From Eledone cirrhosa (taxonomy: Eukaryota): 64,000 bases of DNA. The stretch lies in the NCBI GenBank assembly GCA_964016885.1, contig OZ024745.1, positions 95,046,001-95,110,000 on the forward strand, read 5' to 3'. The notes below the pieces were generated by a model. It was not told the origin of the DNA. It did no database searches and was given only the letters and a program-made list of their open reading frames with translations. The position numbers were made by a program, and so were the translations under genes. Below are positions 43,646-58,781 of this stretch, piece by piece (within the stretch, counting starts at the first letter, position 1; every line of letters starts with the position of its first letter).

Positions 43646-44445
43646 TGAAGAATTAGAAATAGAAGCCAAGAATATCCGTCATCAGTAGTCTACTAGCCAT
43701 CATAGGTATTTCTTCGCTTTACAGACCATATACCTCAAGCTAGAGCGATACAATAACTAAATTAAATTATTGGGATAAAAAGAGTTGAGTGGAGAAAGAG
43801 AGACAGGTAAAAAACACGAATTGTGAGGCACCGTAAAGAGAGGAACAAATGAGAAAATCAAGTCAATAATTCATTTTGAACATAAGAACTTGCGAATATT
43901 GACGAGAAGGCAAAGACACATCTTGGTCGTGCGTATGTGAGCGAGAAAAGAATCTGGTACGGTGTGGGACGATGGAGGAAGTGAGAGAGAGGGTGAATGG
44001 AAGAGAGTGAGTGAATGAAACTGTGAGAAAGAGGCTAGCCGAGAGAGGGTGACTAGCAGAGGGGGCGAGTGAAAGTAATAGGGAGAAGGAGAGAGAAGGG
44101 GGAGAGAGAGAAAGAGGATAGCAGTAAGGGAAGAGGAAAAGACAGGTCACAGCGAAGAGGAAATCATATATGAATGAAAAATGGCGAGCTGTGTTGTTGC
44201 AAATAGGATATTTATAATAAATGAAGAACTAGAAATAGAATCCAGGACTATCCGTCATCAGTAGTCTACTAGCCATCATAGGTATTTCTTCGCATTACAG
44301 ACAAGAAACCACAAGCTAGGGCGATACATAACTAAATTAAGTTATTGGGATAAAAAGAGTTGGGTGGAGAAAGAGAGACAGGTAAACAAACACGAATGGT
44401 GAGGCAACGTAAAGAGAGGAGAAAATGTGAAAATGAAGTCAATAA

Positions 44446-44450
<5 letters not shown>
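43646..44450. repeat. ~230-bp direct repeat pair (43646-43874, 44222-44450) between (TA)n tracts
   Basis: Shared gaagaa..agaaatagaa...ccgtcatcagtagtctactagccatcatagg...aagtcaataattcat; period ~576 bp. Confidence 0.8.
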
Positions 44451-44496
<46 letters not shown>

Positions 44497-45507
44497 TGCC
44501 GTTATTTCTTTTTAACTAATCAGGGATTATATATATATATGCCTTTATTTCTTTATTTGTATATATATATAGTTATGTAATAAATAACATAAGACAATTA
44601 TTTCATTTACCAGTGGTTTCTTAAAAGCAAACAAATTTTGCTTTCAATCATCAGATTGAAAAAATCCTGGTGTATTTATTGGCGTTGGATTTTAAACACA
44701 AAAATATCATCTATATGAAAGTGAGGCTGTAAAAGGAAGAAGGACAGGAAAATTAAAAACGCATATGCACACACACACACACACACAAATATATACATAC
44801 ATATATATATATATACATACACACATACATACACACACACATATACACACACACACACATATGTGTATATATATCCATACACATACATATACACATACAT
44901 ACATACATACACACACACATAAATATCAACATATCCATACATACACATATATACAAATACACAAACGTGCATACACACACACATACACACACACACATAT
45001 ACATGCATATATATATATATACATAAACATATATATACATACATACACACACTTACATATATAAACACACGCACACATATATACATATACATACACATAC
45101 ATATACATACATATATACATACACATGCATACATACATACACACAATCATACGTATATAGACACGTACATAATTACACATACATACACACATATATACAC
45201 GTATAGATACCCATGCACAAATATAGAAATATATACACACACCTACATACTCACACAAATAAATATAAGAAAAAATATATAATAATAAAAATGAATATAA
45301 AGATTATTATAGTGTTGACAGCGATACAGGCGACAAATAAATGAACAAACACATGTGGTAAGCAATACACACAAATGCACGTACACATACATACGTAAAT
45401 ATAAATACATACACATACTCTCACACATAAATATACATATACAAATACATAAACACATACATACGCATACACATATACATACACACACATATACATATAC
45501 ACACACT

Positions 45508-45575
<68 letters not shown>

Positions 45576-45715
45576 CATACATATATAGACATACATAGAC
45601 ATATACATACATATACATACATATCACAAACACATGCATACAAATACAAACACACGCATATATATGTGTGTGTAAAACTCATTCTTAGATAATTCATATG
45701 GACCTTGTTTAACTC

Positions 45716-45795
<80 letters not shown>

Positions 45796-45891
45796 TGAAG
45801 TTTCCGTTGAAAATTGAAAAGGTCATAGGAGTGAAGAGTGCCCTATGTAAGCACCAGAGCAAAATTTAATGTATAATAAACAATACAATAT

Positions 45892-45970
45892 AATCACCTC
45901 ATTACCAGAGGTTTCTCGAATAAGATGAATACGAAAGAAACGTCCTCATTCGTTCGTCGGACGAGGCAAT
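45892..45970 (-). ncRNA. Diverged hammerhead of the same architecture with a U4C core change
   Basis: Reverse complement ATTGCCTCGT-CCGACGA-aCGAATGAG...CTTATTCGa-GAAAC-CTCTG-GTA-ATGAGGTGAT. Its downstream flank (45795-45862) is homologous to 50236-50298. Confidence 0.7.
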
Positions 45971-46799
45971 ATAAAACATAGTGAAATATTTGGAAAGTCT
46001 CCTCAAGAAATGCAAAAAATATATATATAAATAAAGGTAATGCAATAGACATATGAAATATATAAAAAAAATGTTAAAGAAATATAGTTAGGTGTGTGTA
46101 TATGCATGTATATACACTCACAGATGTACATATGTATGTATGTACAAATGCGTGTGTATTGCGAAAATGTGTGCGTAAATATATGTATGAGGGCAAGTAT
46201 ATTTGTGTATATGTAACTACGAATACAGATATAATATGAGTTGAAAATAAAATGGTTGACACGTATACAGAAAACAGGGTATTAGATACATTATATGAAT
46301 ATGAAGGCACGCGTATAAACACACACACACGCGCGTACACTTATATCCGGAAGAAAAAGAGGTAAGGGAGTGTAATAGTTAAAAGAAAGTGTCATTCTCG
46401 ATATATTTATAAAAATGGAACAATATATTACAAAGAAATTTGTTTTAAAAGAAAGAGAATGTAGTCAATTAACACTAGAGAAGAGAAAAGAAAAAGGAAA
46501 ACAAACAAGGTACACGCGTACATACACATATATCTATAAGAAACATATATCTATAAAAAAATATATATATACACGCAATACGTGCAGACAAAAGCGTATG
46601 CAAGCGTACATACATACACAGGATGCACATATATATATACATATCTCATATATATATGAGAAAGAACATACATATTATATATATCAAAAAACCTAAATAT
46701 TGTATATATAAAAAAACATATTGTATATACAAAAATAAAAATAAAAATGAAAATAAAAAGTTGGGAATACGACAAATAATAAATAAAAAATAAAAATTC

Positions 46800-47413
46800 C
46801 TTGACCTCTTAGATAAACATTTTCCTCCTAGTCATAGATATTATAAGATATTTAATAGAAATGTAGTTAAGATCAGTTACTCTTATTGCCCATCAATGAA
46901 GTCTAAGATCACTAATTCAAATCATACGAGAACAAATCGAGCATACAGTTGCAGGAAGCCGGATGAATGCCCATTACAGGGCGAATGTAACACCAAATCT
47001 GTTGTTTATGAGGCCAAAGTGACACCTTTAATCAATAACCAGCCAGCCAGGAGTGGGCGATATGTTGGCATGACCCAGGACAGGTTTAAAACCACGTTTT
47101 ATGCACATGTCGCTTCTTTTAAGCACTCCGATAACGAACAGCAACGGCCCTCGCAAGTAAGGTGTGGGAATTCAAGGATAAAAACATCCCGTATTCTATC
47201 GATTGGTCTATTTTAGACCATTCGAGGGAGTACCAAAGGGTCACAAAGAATTGTTCTTTGTGTACCACAGAAAAATATAGGATTTTGCTAAACTTGAAAG
47301 CCACTTCTGCTTGCCTGAACTCAAAGACCGAGATCTTCAGATGTTGTCCTCATCTGAAATCACATCTGATCTGTAACTGGATTGACATTCTTATGATAAC
47401 TCACCCACCTTGA
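46800..47413 (+). pseudogene. PLE (Naiad-like) C-terminal GIY-YIG endonuclease fragment, frameshifted
   Basis: HFPPSHRYYKIFN..., SCRKPDECPLQGEC..VVYEAKV..YVGMT..FK..FYAH and CSLCTTEK..EIFRCCPH; homologous to 18693-19503. Confidence 0.85.
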
Positions 47414-47666
47414 ACTCCTTTCCTGCTCTTTACTTCCACTACGGTTTTTTTACCTGCTGAACCAACGTTCTCTACTCTCGTATTCTCTTTCTGCCTTATC
47501 TCCCCTTATATTTAAACCTTTTCATATGTCATTTATTTCGCCCCTCTTCCCCCTCCCCTACTTTTTTGTCTTACCCTTAACATACCAACATTTTTTTATT
47601 ATTTTTTTATTTTTAGATATTAATTTTTTTTTTGTGTTGCGTATATGTATGGTATGTATATGTGTA

Positions 47667-47798
<132 letters not shown>

Positions 47799-47956
47799 GA
47801 TAAATCTACCAAAAGTTTACGGTAGTGTCCAATCCGTATGAAGAACTCAATGTAATCCGGATATTATGAAAAGAGAAGATGCATTCAAAAACTATTTTCG
47901 GTGAAAAATAAACGGAAAACAGAGTCAAAATAAATTAATTTATTAATTTATTAATT

Positions 47957-47989
<33 letters not shown>

Positions 47990-48403
47990 GTGTATGTATA
48001 TGTGTGTGTATATGTATATGTGTATGTATATAAGTGTGTGTATGTATGTTTATATCAATCTGTATGTATATGTATATAATATCATATATTATATATTTCT
48101 GTTGTATTTGTGCGTGTGTGTGTATATATATATGTATATGTGTATATGTGTATATATATATATATATGTACGTAATTGTATGTGTGTGTGTATTTCTGTG
48201 GTTGTGTGTTTGTGTGTGTGTGTATGTATATATATATATGTATGTATGGGTGTATGTATATGCATATTTATATACAGTAATTTAATGCTCATTTTCATTG
48301 ATCTTTTGCTCCAGGAACTTGTTGAGTACTCTAAATTTGCTATAAACATTTATACCCTTTTCTAAATATATATTTTTTTATTTATAATTTGTCGTATTGC
48401 CAA

Positions 48404-48596
48404 CTTTTTATTTTCATTTTTATTTTTATTTTTATTTTTATTTTTATTTTTATTTTTATTTTTATTTTTATTTTTATTTTTATTTTTATTTTTATTTTTA
48501 TTTTTATTTTTATTTTTATTTTTATTTTTATTTTTATTTTTATTTTTATTTTTATTTTTATTTTTATTTTTATTTTTATTTTTATTTTTATTTTTA
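48404..48596. repeat. (TTTTTA)n microsatellite
   Basis: Seen directly; expanded relative to its inverted counterpart at ~46730-46760. Confidence 0.92.
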
Positions 48597-48797
48597 TATA
48601 TACAATATATTTTTTTATATATACAATATTTAGTTTTTTTTATATATATAATATTTATGTTCTTTCTCATATATATATATATATATATATAGTTATATGT
48701 TTGTGTGTGTATGTATGTATGCATACGTATGTGTATGTATATATGTGTGTGTAGGTATATATGTGTATGTGTGTATGTATGTATGTGTATACATGTG

Positions 48798-48864
<67 letters not shown>

Positions 48865-49189
48865 GTTAAACAAGGTTCATATGAATTATCTGAGAATGAG
48901 TTTTACACACACATATATATGTGTGTGTTTGTATTTGTATGTATGTGTTTGTGATATGTATGTATATGTATGTGTATATGTGTATGTATGTGTATATATG
49001 TATATATATATATATATATGGGTGTATATATGTATATGTGTGTATGTATATGTGTATGCGTATGTATGTGTTTATGTATTTGTATATGTATATTTATGTG
49101 TGAGAGTATGTGTATGCATTTATTTTTACGTATGTATATGCATTTGTGTGTATGTATGTATGCATGTGTATGTATATATGTATGTATAT

Positions 49190-49684
49190 GTATCTATCTA
49201 TCTAAGGCGGGTAAAATTCCCGAGATCCATGGACGAGTTCTCTCCAGCGGTCTCTGTCCCTCATTATCGCTGCCATGTCCTGCGTCTCCAACAGACCAGT
49301 GTCTGTCCTTAGGGCATCAACATACGTTAACCTTGGTCTTTCTCTTCTAGTGTGTCCATGTAGGGGCTCCCAAAGGAGCACTGAGTGCAATGTCAACTCT
49401 GGATGTCGGATGTCGGTGAGCATGTCCAGCTAACCTCAATCTCCTCTGTGTCACTTTTGAGCTGACTGTTGGGATGCACCCATACAGCTCTGATATTTTC
49501 ATCCTCAGTATATACTGATTAATGTTCAGAGCCATCCTCAGCATTCTCGTGTAGCACCCATCCACCATCTGAGTGAGTTTCTTGGTCAGTGTCCAAGTAT
49601 CAGACCCATACAGCAGCACAGACTCCACTACAGCAATGAAGAGGCGGATTTTGAGGTCTCTACGAAGGTCCGACTTCCACACCG
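49190..49684 (-). mobile_element. RTE-clade LINE 3' fragment inserted in a PLE terminal repeat
   Basis: ESVLLYGSDTWTL...RRLRLAGH...WEP..RPRLTYVD..DRDRWR; short (TAGA)n tail. Confidence 0.8.
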
Positions 49685-49932
49685 ATCTCTAGCTGTATAT
49701 GTATATGTATGTGTATGTATATGTATATATGTGTGCGTGTGTATATATATGTATGTGTGTATGTATGTATATATATGTTTATGTATATATATATATATAT
49801 GCATGTATATATGTGTGTGTGTGTGTTTGTGCGTATGCACGTTTGTGTATTTGTATGTATGTGTATGTATGGATATGTTGATATTCATGTGTGTATGTAT
49901 GTGTATATGTATGTGTATGGATATATATACAC

Positions 49933-49974
<42 letters not shown>

Positions 49975-50141
49975 GTGTATGTATGTGTGTATGTATATAT
50001 ATATGTGTATGTATATATTTGTGTGTGTATGTTTGCATATGTGTTTTTATTTTTCCTTTCCTTCTTCCTTTTCCAGCCTCACTTTCATATAGATTATAAT
50101 TTTGTTTTTAAAATCCAACGCCAATAAATACAGCAGGAGTT

Positions 50142-50202
50142 TTTCATTCTGATGATTGAAAGCGAAATTTGTTTGCTTTTAAGAAACCACTGGTAAATGA
50201 AA
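50142..50202 (+). ncRNA. Type I hammerhead ribozyme (inverted copy 44601-44661 -)
   Basis: TTTCATT-CTGATGA-TTGAAAGCGAA..TTTGCTTTTAA-GAAAC-CACTG-GTA-AATGAAA: 7-bp stem I, long stem II, stem III ACC/GGT. Confidence 0.88.
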
Positions 50203-50298
50203 TAATTGCCTTATGTTGTTTATTACATAACTATTAAGCTCTGTTACCTACATAGAGCACTCTTTTTTCCTGGACTTTTCCGACGGAATTACTTCATT

Positions 50299-50329
<31 letters not shown>

Positions 50330-50899
50330 GTCCCAAGACTCTGATACCATCAACACTATACACACAGAGCTGGCATATCTAAGAACTGACTAACATCCTG
50401 ATGAGGTCATAGCCATTCAATGGCTATCATCGAAATATATATAGCAGTAAATAAAGGATTATGCGTTCATGCAATTGACTTATGTTTCGTCACTATATAT
50501 ATATAATATGCAAATAAAGAAATAAAGGCAGTGCAATTAGTAGGGGATATTGTGTTAAAAACGAAGGACATTTAAATCTTAAATCTTTTCTGCGAGAAGT
50601 ATATTCAACTCATTTGGTAATACATAGAAATGATCAATAAATTATAGAAATAGTAGGAATGTAGTGGTACTGACTTGAAATATCAATAATACAATTGAGG
50701 GATTATACAACCTGAGAGAAATATTATACTTGCCAATTACAGATGCAGTAGAGTCCAACATAAGTAATATAATCAGGTACAAAGCTTTGATTAACAGATT
50801 ATCTTGTAAATTCTTAGGAAGTATTTTATTCTAGGGCTGTATAAAACGTGAAAGTAGCAAGTACGGAAGATAACTCCATTAATATCAAGTAATTTAAAG

Positions 50900-51171
50900 T
50901 AGGCATCTTAAACTGAGGATCCACCGAGGGCCACATGGGTCACATATGTGTTGTCTGAGGGCCACATGGGTCACATATGTGTTGTCTGAGGGCCACACAT
51001 GACAATTAATTGCACACATTACAACACAACATTTTATTTTATATTATGAAGATAAAATATGCTCGCGCTGTAAAAACCTTTGTGCGGGCCGCAGGTGTGC
51101 TTTGCTTGTAACGGGTCGCATGTGGCCCGTGCGCCGCATGTGTCCCATGCGCCGCATGTTTGACATGCCTG
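50900..51171. mobile_element. Non-autonomous hAT element
   Basis: TIR-like ends taggcatcttaaac / rc caggcatgtcaaac. 8-bp TSD atttaaag/atctaaag. Internal 31-bp tandem duplication. Confidence 0.7.
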
Positions 51172-52239
51172 ATCTAAAGAATTAGAAAATAAAGGCAATG
51201 TATTCAGGCATGAGTCTTGTCTTATACAGTCAGCTGCTGAAAATAACAGATCGTTCGATCTTGTTTGATCACCTGAAAGAAGAATATTAACCTCAATATA
51301 AACGATAATATATAATTTTAGCTCTTCTTAAAAAGTTGATGTCTTGTTTTAAGAAGTGTGCAATTAGTTATGATTAGAGTCTAGTGATGATTTCGTTTTA
51401 ATAATGCTCGACCTGTTTGATAAGTAAATATATACCCGTCTTATTATGTTTGAGATATATTCTATTTACAAAGCTGTTTAAGGTGATTGCAATATTAGAT
51501 CTTCTAACATGGATAAGTTCATTTATAGATCTAAAGAGAGAATTTCAGTGCCCAATAAAAGAAGAAAAAATATTAATATTCTGGTGATGAGATGGCTGCG
51601 TGTGTAAGAAGTTTGCATCACAACCATGTGGTTGTATGTTCAGCCTCACTGCGTGGAACCGAAGGCATATGCCCTTTGATATAATCTTGTGACGAGTGGA
51701 ATTTGGTTGCTGAAAACTGTACTGAAGCTCGTGGTATGTATATACGATAGCGTTCCGTATATTTCATATGTGTACGCATGTGGTTACCTTTACTGTTTGT
51801 TTATTATACCACATCTAGTAGTTAGACAAATAGAGATCAACAAAATGACTGACTGACTTCAAATAATAAATACTGGAACCGATGTCATCAGTTAAATTCC
51901 TTCATTGGACTGCTCTAGCAAATTTGCTGTGAAATAACTGAATCCAGTAAGAAAATAAGGAATAAGAATATAAGGAATAAGAATATATCAGAAATGTTCA
52001 TCAGATGTGTATTCCTGTTATCTATGTCTTCATCATAGGGTTGAGACAGTGTAAGCTGTGTTATTTAGTAAAGAGACGTGTTATTGTCTCATAACAGACT
52101 TGCATGGTTTGTGACGGTTGTTCTCCTAAGGGAGGGACTGTATTAATTGAGAAGTGGGTTTATAAATTATAGTTTAATAAATTTAACATGTTATATTTTA
52201 TAACAGTAATTATGTTATAATATCATTATATATATATTC

Positions 52240-52421
52240 TTGGCAGTATCAGTAGAAGGTCGGACGCCATGCTTTACAGCATAGAGTTATGCCCCTTTAT
52301 GGCCTGAGTTCAAATCCCGCCGAGGTTAATTTTGCTTTTTCATCCTTACGGGGTCGATAAAATAAAGCACCAGTAATGAACTGGGATAATTGCTGGCCTT
52401 GTGCCAAATGTAGAAACAATT
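52240..52421 (+). mobile_element. tRNA-derived SINE
   Basis: Family consensus match. Confidence 0.8.
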
Positions 52422-53451
52422 ATATATATTCAGACCTGTTGACTCTCCCGTCCTATGGAGAGATCTTCCACCCACCCCAAAGTGAGTGGGAGATATAGTC
52501 TCTTGTGAAAATGGATATAGCTTTGATCATGTAAAATCTCCCCCTTTTGCCTCATTTCTCCCCGTTTTGGCGCACTTTTTTTCCTGGTACTCCCCGTTTG
52601 GATTTTTAGAGGCTGGCAGGTTTGTATATTATATAACTCTATCAATATTCTCATTAAAACAAGGTAGGGTGCAAAAACAACCACTAATATTGGCAGGTGG
52701 TAGTATTTGTCAGCTTGAAAACATTTGCTTAGACAAAGACTCATTTTCAATGTGTGAGTTAAGGATGTAATTGTTTTCACCTCTTACTCATGCTTATGGA
52801 AGTAAATCTATTTCACATGATGCCACCATAAATGAAACTTAAGTGTCAGTTCGTCAGGATGGAGAAGAAATTGTTTTATATATTTCTAGATAAAATAGTC
52901 AATCGATCTTAATGAATATATGTGTCTAGTATTTATGTATTGGTTTTGCTGGTGGCCTGTACGTGCGTATGCGTGTGTACAAATGTATGTATGCACGTCT
53001 ACTCATGTATGATAATGTGTTTGTTGTTTTCATGTTTGGTGGATGTGTGATGTGTGCACGTAACTATTATTTTATCGTTATATGCACACTGTGTGTGTGT
53101 ATGTGTGTGTGTGCGTGGGTTTCTGTGCGTGTGTGTGTATGTGTGTATGCATGTATGTGTGTGGGCGTGCGTGTGTATTTGTGAGCATGTGTTGTTGGCT
53201 ATTATCTTATTTTGATGTCAACTGAACAGATAGAAACTAGTGTCTGCATTTTATTAGTTTACTTCATGTTAGGTCCATTGGAAGAATCTGTCCATCTCTA
53301 TTAATGCTAGCGCCTGTATGCTCTCCTCCTTGCCCCTTGCCCTCTCCTTCCTCATCCCCTTCCCTCTCCTTCATCTACGTCCCTCTCCCTCATCCACTCA
53401 TTCCCTCTCTTCTTCCCCTCTCCCTCACCATCCCTCACTCCGACACTCCCT

Positions 53452-53496
<45 letters not shown>

Positions 53497-53710
53497 ATAC
53501 ATAGTCGCATGCTCACACACGCATGAAATCATGTTCATCAATGCGTAATTTTCTTAACGAGTAGACAATGGATTATATCAACCCTCAGCTACTATTGATA
53601 ATGTTAACTCAACTGTGTTCATTTTACTTTAATATTTGTGTAACATATATCCACTACCAAAGGCAGTAGCAGAAGTAGCAATAGCAGCAGTAGCAGAAGC
53701 AACAACAAGA

Positions 53711-53781
<71 letters not shown>

Positions 53782-53963
53782 ACAGTTTATTATTATTATC
53801 ATTATTATTATTACAGTTGCATTTATCTTGCTTTATGTTCATACGAGTTATCACCAAGTCACAACCAGTGACCTCAAGAGACAACAAGGTCCGCCATGTT
53901 GAAGAAAGAACATACATACTCACACATGCATCTTTAGTGTTTAGACTTGTGATGTACTTATAT

Positions 53964-56900
53964 TTACAGAATCTTCCTTAGTATATGGGCAGTTCCCATT
54001 AGTACTATCTTTTGTATTTCTCCTATACGCGGGTTTCCTGGGATTTGCGATAAGTAATCATTAGACCCCTTAGGTATCATTCCCAGAGCGCCTACAACCA
54101 CTGGTATTGTTTTAGTTCTCAATTTCCACATTTTTCCAATTTCTATCTCCAGGTCCTTATACTTGCTCAATTTTTCAAATATTTTATAGATACATTCTTG
54201 TCTATTGGAACAGACATATCAATTAGCAGGCATACCCTCTTTTTAAAGTCCTTCAATATTATATCAGGTCTATTTGCATCTATTTTTCGGTCTGTTTGAA
54301 TGCTAAAGTTCCACAAGATTGAGATGTGATCTTTTTCAAGTATGGGAGGTGGTTGATGCTCCCACCAATTCTTTTGATGGGGCAGGTCAAAATGCTTACA
54401 CATTATCCAATGTATGTATTGTGCAGCTCTGTCATGCCTGTTTAGGTATTCGGTTGGAGCTATAGGACTGCACATTGAAATTATATGGTCAATGGTCTCT
54501 GGTTGTTTTTTGCATACACGGCATAATGGGCTGCATCCATTTTTTATTATGTTGGCTTGGTAATTTTTTGTTGGCAGACACTGATCTTGTGCCGATATAA
54601 TCAGTCCTTCAGTCTCCGATTTCAGTCCAGAGGATGCCAACCCCTGATGGGTTAAAGTTTTGTCAACATCAGGATTGTTAGCTCGCTCCGGGTATTTTCC
54701 ATACAGAGGCTTTTCTTGCCATTTCTTAGCCAGTTTCTGTAGCAGTTCTTTCTTTGCAGTTACTTTTACCTGCTTTGCTTTTTCTGTGTTTTCCATTTCA
54801 GCAGTAAATGGGACTTCTGAAATTTGTAGTCCATTACTGTATCTTTGTGCATCTTTTGTAATGGAATATGATCTGTTGATGCTTTGGTGTTTCAAAACGA
54901 GTTTGATCATCCAATCATGTGATTCCCTTAGATATGTAGATAATCCAATTGTCGCAGTTTTCAACGCAATGTCTAACTGGATTAACCCACGTCCTCCTTC
55001 TTTCCTAGGGAGATATATTCTATCTATATCTGCCTTAGGGTGATGCAATGTGCATGGTTAAGAATTTTCGAAATTTTGTATCGAGCTTACGGATCTCTGT
55101 GCTTGACCAGTTGATGACATTGTAACTGTAGGTTACTACTGGTATGGCAAGCGTGTTTATGGCATCGATCCTATTCCTTGCATTCAATTCCGTTCTTAAG
55201 ATTGCTCTTACTCTGCGGTAACATTCCTTCCTTATCCTTTCCCTCATTGTCGAGTGCTTGATTCCGTCTCCTTCACAAACACCTAGATATTTGTAAGTTT
55301 TTTCTTGATCAAGTTCTCTTATCACGTTCCCCCGATCAAGATTAATGTCTGAACTCTTCAGCAGCTTTCCTCTGGTGAACGTTGCTTTGGCGCATTTATC
55401 TAGTCCAAACTCCATTTTAATGTCATCACTGAACTGCTCCACAGTGGATAATAGCCCTTGCAATTGTTCATCATTTTTTGCAAATAGTTTGAGGTCATCC
55501 ATGTAGAACAGGTGATTAATGGTTTTGTCATAGACTTTATATCCATGTTTTGTTTCATTGAGCATTTTACTTAATGGTATAAGTGCGATGCAGAATAAAA
55601 GCGGTGATAAAGAGTCACCCTGAAAAATTCCACAATTAATATTAACTTCTCCAGCTTCCAGTGATTTTGTTTCACTATTCAAAAGGAGTGTCGTTTTCCA
55701 TGTCTTCATACTGAATGACAAAAACCTCCTGACAACGGGGGATATTTTGAAAATCTCTAAACATTTTTCAATCCAACTGTGTGGCAAACTATCGAATGCT
55801 TTTTTATAATCTATCCAAGCAATCGATAGATTTTTGTGTCTATTATGACAATCTTCCAGTATCATTTTGTTAACCAGAAGCTGATCCATACAGCCATATG
55901 AGCCTCGTTTACACCCTTTCTGCTCAATGGGAAATAGGTCATTTGTTATCAGGTGGTCATATGTGTATTCAGTTAGGACATGATGTTAACATTTTATACA
56001 TTGTGGTTAAGCAAGTTATCGGTCTGTAATTTTTGGGATTGTTTGTCTCATCATTCTTCGGAAGCAGGAATGTAATGCCGTTAACTAACCATGATGGTAT
56101 CTTTTCTGGCTCCTTAACTATTTCATTGTAAAGTCGGGCTAACAGCTCATGAGACTCTGTGAAGGCATTTATCCAACAGTTTTGTATTTTGTCTTTTCCT
56201 GGGGATTTCCATTTGCTGGTTTTTCTTAGAGCCAAGCGCAACTGTTCAACTGTTATATTTTCCCATATTTGTTCCTCAAGGTGAGCTGTATCTTTCATTT
56301 GTCTGTCTATCCATGGGGCATGTATGTTATGAACTTTTTCTTCGGCCCGGGATCTTTTCCCAGAATTCTTGCACTTCCTCCTTGGGTGGTATTGATTTAG
56401 CAGTTATTGTTGACATGCCATATTTTCTGTAGAAGTTTCTTTGGTTGTTTTTGAACATATTATTGTCCTTATAGAATCTAGATCGTTTTTCAAAGCGCCT
56501 TATACGAGCAGCTTTGGCCGACACTTTTTGCTTGATTATTTCTATCTGCATGTCTATGTCACATGTTGATTTTATACTTTACTTTTTTTTCAATTTTCTA
56601 AGTTTAGTTTGTTTAACATGTTCACCTACATTATAGTTTGTTAAAATTTCGGTGGATTGGCAGTATAGGTAGAGGGATTGGCAGTATAGGTAGAGGGTCG
56701 GACGCCATGCTTTGACGCATAGAGTTACGGCCCTTGCCATTCTGAGTTCAAATCCCGCCGAGGTTAACTTTGCCTTTCATCCTTACGGGGTCGATAAAAT
56801 AAAGTACCAGTAATACACTGGGTAATTGCTGGCCTTGTACCAAAAGTAGAAACAATTATAGTTTGTTAAAATTTCTATGTCAGATCGGAGAAGGTTTATT

Positions 56901-57355
56901 TGGCGATTGATGTTCTCTTGCCAAGTAGATTTCTTGTGGGAATTCCTTTGTTTTTTCATCTTCACTCCACATAAGTGAGTGGTGACTTTAGCCGATGTAT
57001 AATAGAGATGATTTAAATCAGTAATGTTTAGTTTGTTTGTGATGATAATGTTTTTGAGAATTATGTTAGTCTTGTATATTATCTTTTGGTTCTGTTTGGA
57101 GTTCTGGATCTTAGGGAGGGTGTCTCGTTGCTCCATGTCAGATTCTTTCATTTTCATCCATTCGATCATAATTTCATCCTTCAAGTTGGCAAGTTCATTC
57201 TCATTCATTTCTTTATCATTTACGATCTCATTATTTTCATTTGGAGTTTCATCCTGAGCATGCACTCCTTCCACTTTTTCGATCCTTTCTTTAATTTGTT
57301 CTGTTGCCAGTGATTCCTCCCCAACCCTGGGGTTCGAAGTGTTACAGTTTACCAC
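53964..57355 (-). pseudogene. Frameshifted RT + CCHC zinc knuckle + PD-(D/E)xK endonuclease ORF
   Basis: WKSPGKD, NYRPITCL, WIDYKKAFDSLPH, GIFQGDSLSPLLF, YMDD, GGRGL, CRVC..ETIDHIISMC, RHD, RPDI..LID..KYKDL. Confidence 0.9.
56651..56854 (+). mobile_element. SINE inserted into the Dong-like ORF with a 21-bp TSD
   Basis: attatagtttgttaaaatttc at 56630-56650 and 56855-56875; duplicated SINE 5' end. Confidence 0.92.
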
Positions 57356-57407
57356 ATTTTCACTGACACATGTTTCATTTTCCCTTCGCTGACTTTGTGC
57401 TAATAGC

Positions 57408-57533
<126 letters not shown>

Positions 57534-57599
57534 TCAGCTTCATATTTGAAAGACTTAATTATATAGTTTTATTATCAGTGTATTTTATGTGACCACCAT

Positions 57600-57660
<61 letters not shown>

Positions 57661-57932
57661 TGAGCAAGTAGATGAAGGCTTAATATGATGTGTATTCTTT
57701 TCTTCCACCATTTAACGTAATACTTTTCTTTATTGAAAAGTTCAATATACAACAGTTGGAGATAATGTCTACATTAACGTAAATATTGACCACTTTGTAG
57801 TTGACTGAACATATTGGTTAATAATTTATATTATCTGTTTAATGTCGATATGTTTAGGTTATGAGAATTCTTCTATTTCCTATATTAAAAGCCAATCGCT
57901 GAACGGTATTTTTATCTATATGGTTATCTCTA

Positions 57933-58285
57933 TGGAGGCACATGGCTTAGTGTTTAGAGCATTGGCCTTGCAATCGAAAGGTTGTGAGTTCAATTCTCAG
58001 ACCGGGTGATGTGTTGTTTCCTTGAGCAAGACACTTTATTTCACATTGCTCTAGTTTACTCAGCTGTAGAAATGAGATGATAGGGACTGGGGTCCCTATC
58101 ATTCCACTGCAAAGTGGTCGTGGAGGTGCCACGGCAAAAAATCACCCAGCACTCACTGTAAATGAGGTTGGTGTTAGGAAGGGCATCCAGCTGTAGAAAT
58201 CAAGCCAGAATCAGTTCCCGTCCCACCCTTGCAAGCAGGGAAAAGCGGACGTAAAATGAAATGATGATGATGATGATGATGATGG
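57933..58285 (+). mobile_element. tRNA-derived SINE (family 2) with (TGA)n tail
   Basis: A/B boxes tggcttagtgt and gagttcaattc; homologous to 9255-9496. Confidence 0.8.
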
Positions 58286-58364
58286 TTAAAATATTTTGTA
58301 TCTCTATGTTTTATTTGTTAGCTGGTCTTTGCTACATTATAAACGTTGTATAACTATATACAAA

Positions 58365-58568
58365 TAAATGTTATAAAGAACACGGAATCAGTGTTGCATC
58401 ATATCACATTCATTAACATATGACATATGTTTCTCCGCCGATCAGCTCGAATGCAGAGTCGGATTCGATCTGTAACAGATCCCGTCTCGAGCTGATCGGC
58501 GGAAAAACATGCAATATGTTAATAAATGTGACATGATGCAACACTGATTCCTCGTTCTTTATAATATT
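58365..58568. repeat. Imperfect fold-back (~85-bp arms)
   Basis: ttataaagaacacggaatcagtgttgcatc...ccgccgatcagctcga pairs with tcgagctgatcggcgg...gatgcaacactgattcc..ttctttataa. Confidence 0.8.
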
Positions 58569-58781
58569 ATACTCTGCTCTGCGCGAGCATCGCGTGCTCA
58601 ACCGGCATACCGCCTACGGACGCATTTACCTGCAACCTTACAACTACAAATAAATATTAATATTTTGGTTTTTAGATTTGATTTCATCACTGACATTTTA
58701 AGTATTAAAACATTTCATTGCAGTCACATCAACTGTCTTGTTTTATGGACCATCAAGTTTTAATATTATCGACGTTAAAAG

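Noticed and set aside
54660-55043. + strand ORFs overlapping the LINE, and similar antisense ORFs at 4095-4415 and 18857-19081
   Set aside because: Antisense shadows of retroelement coding sequence.
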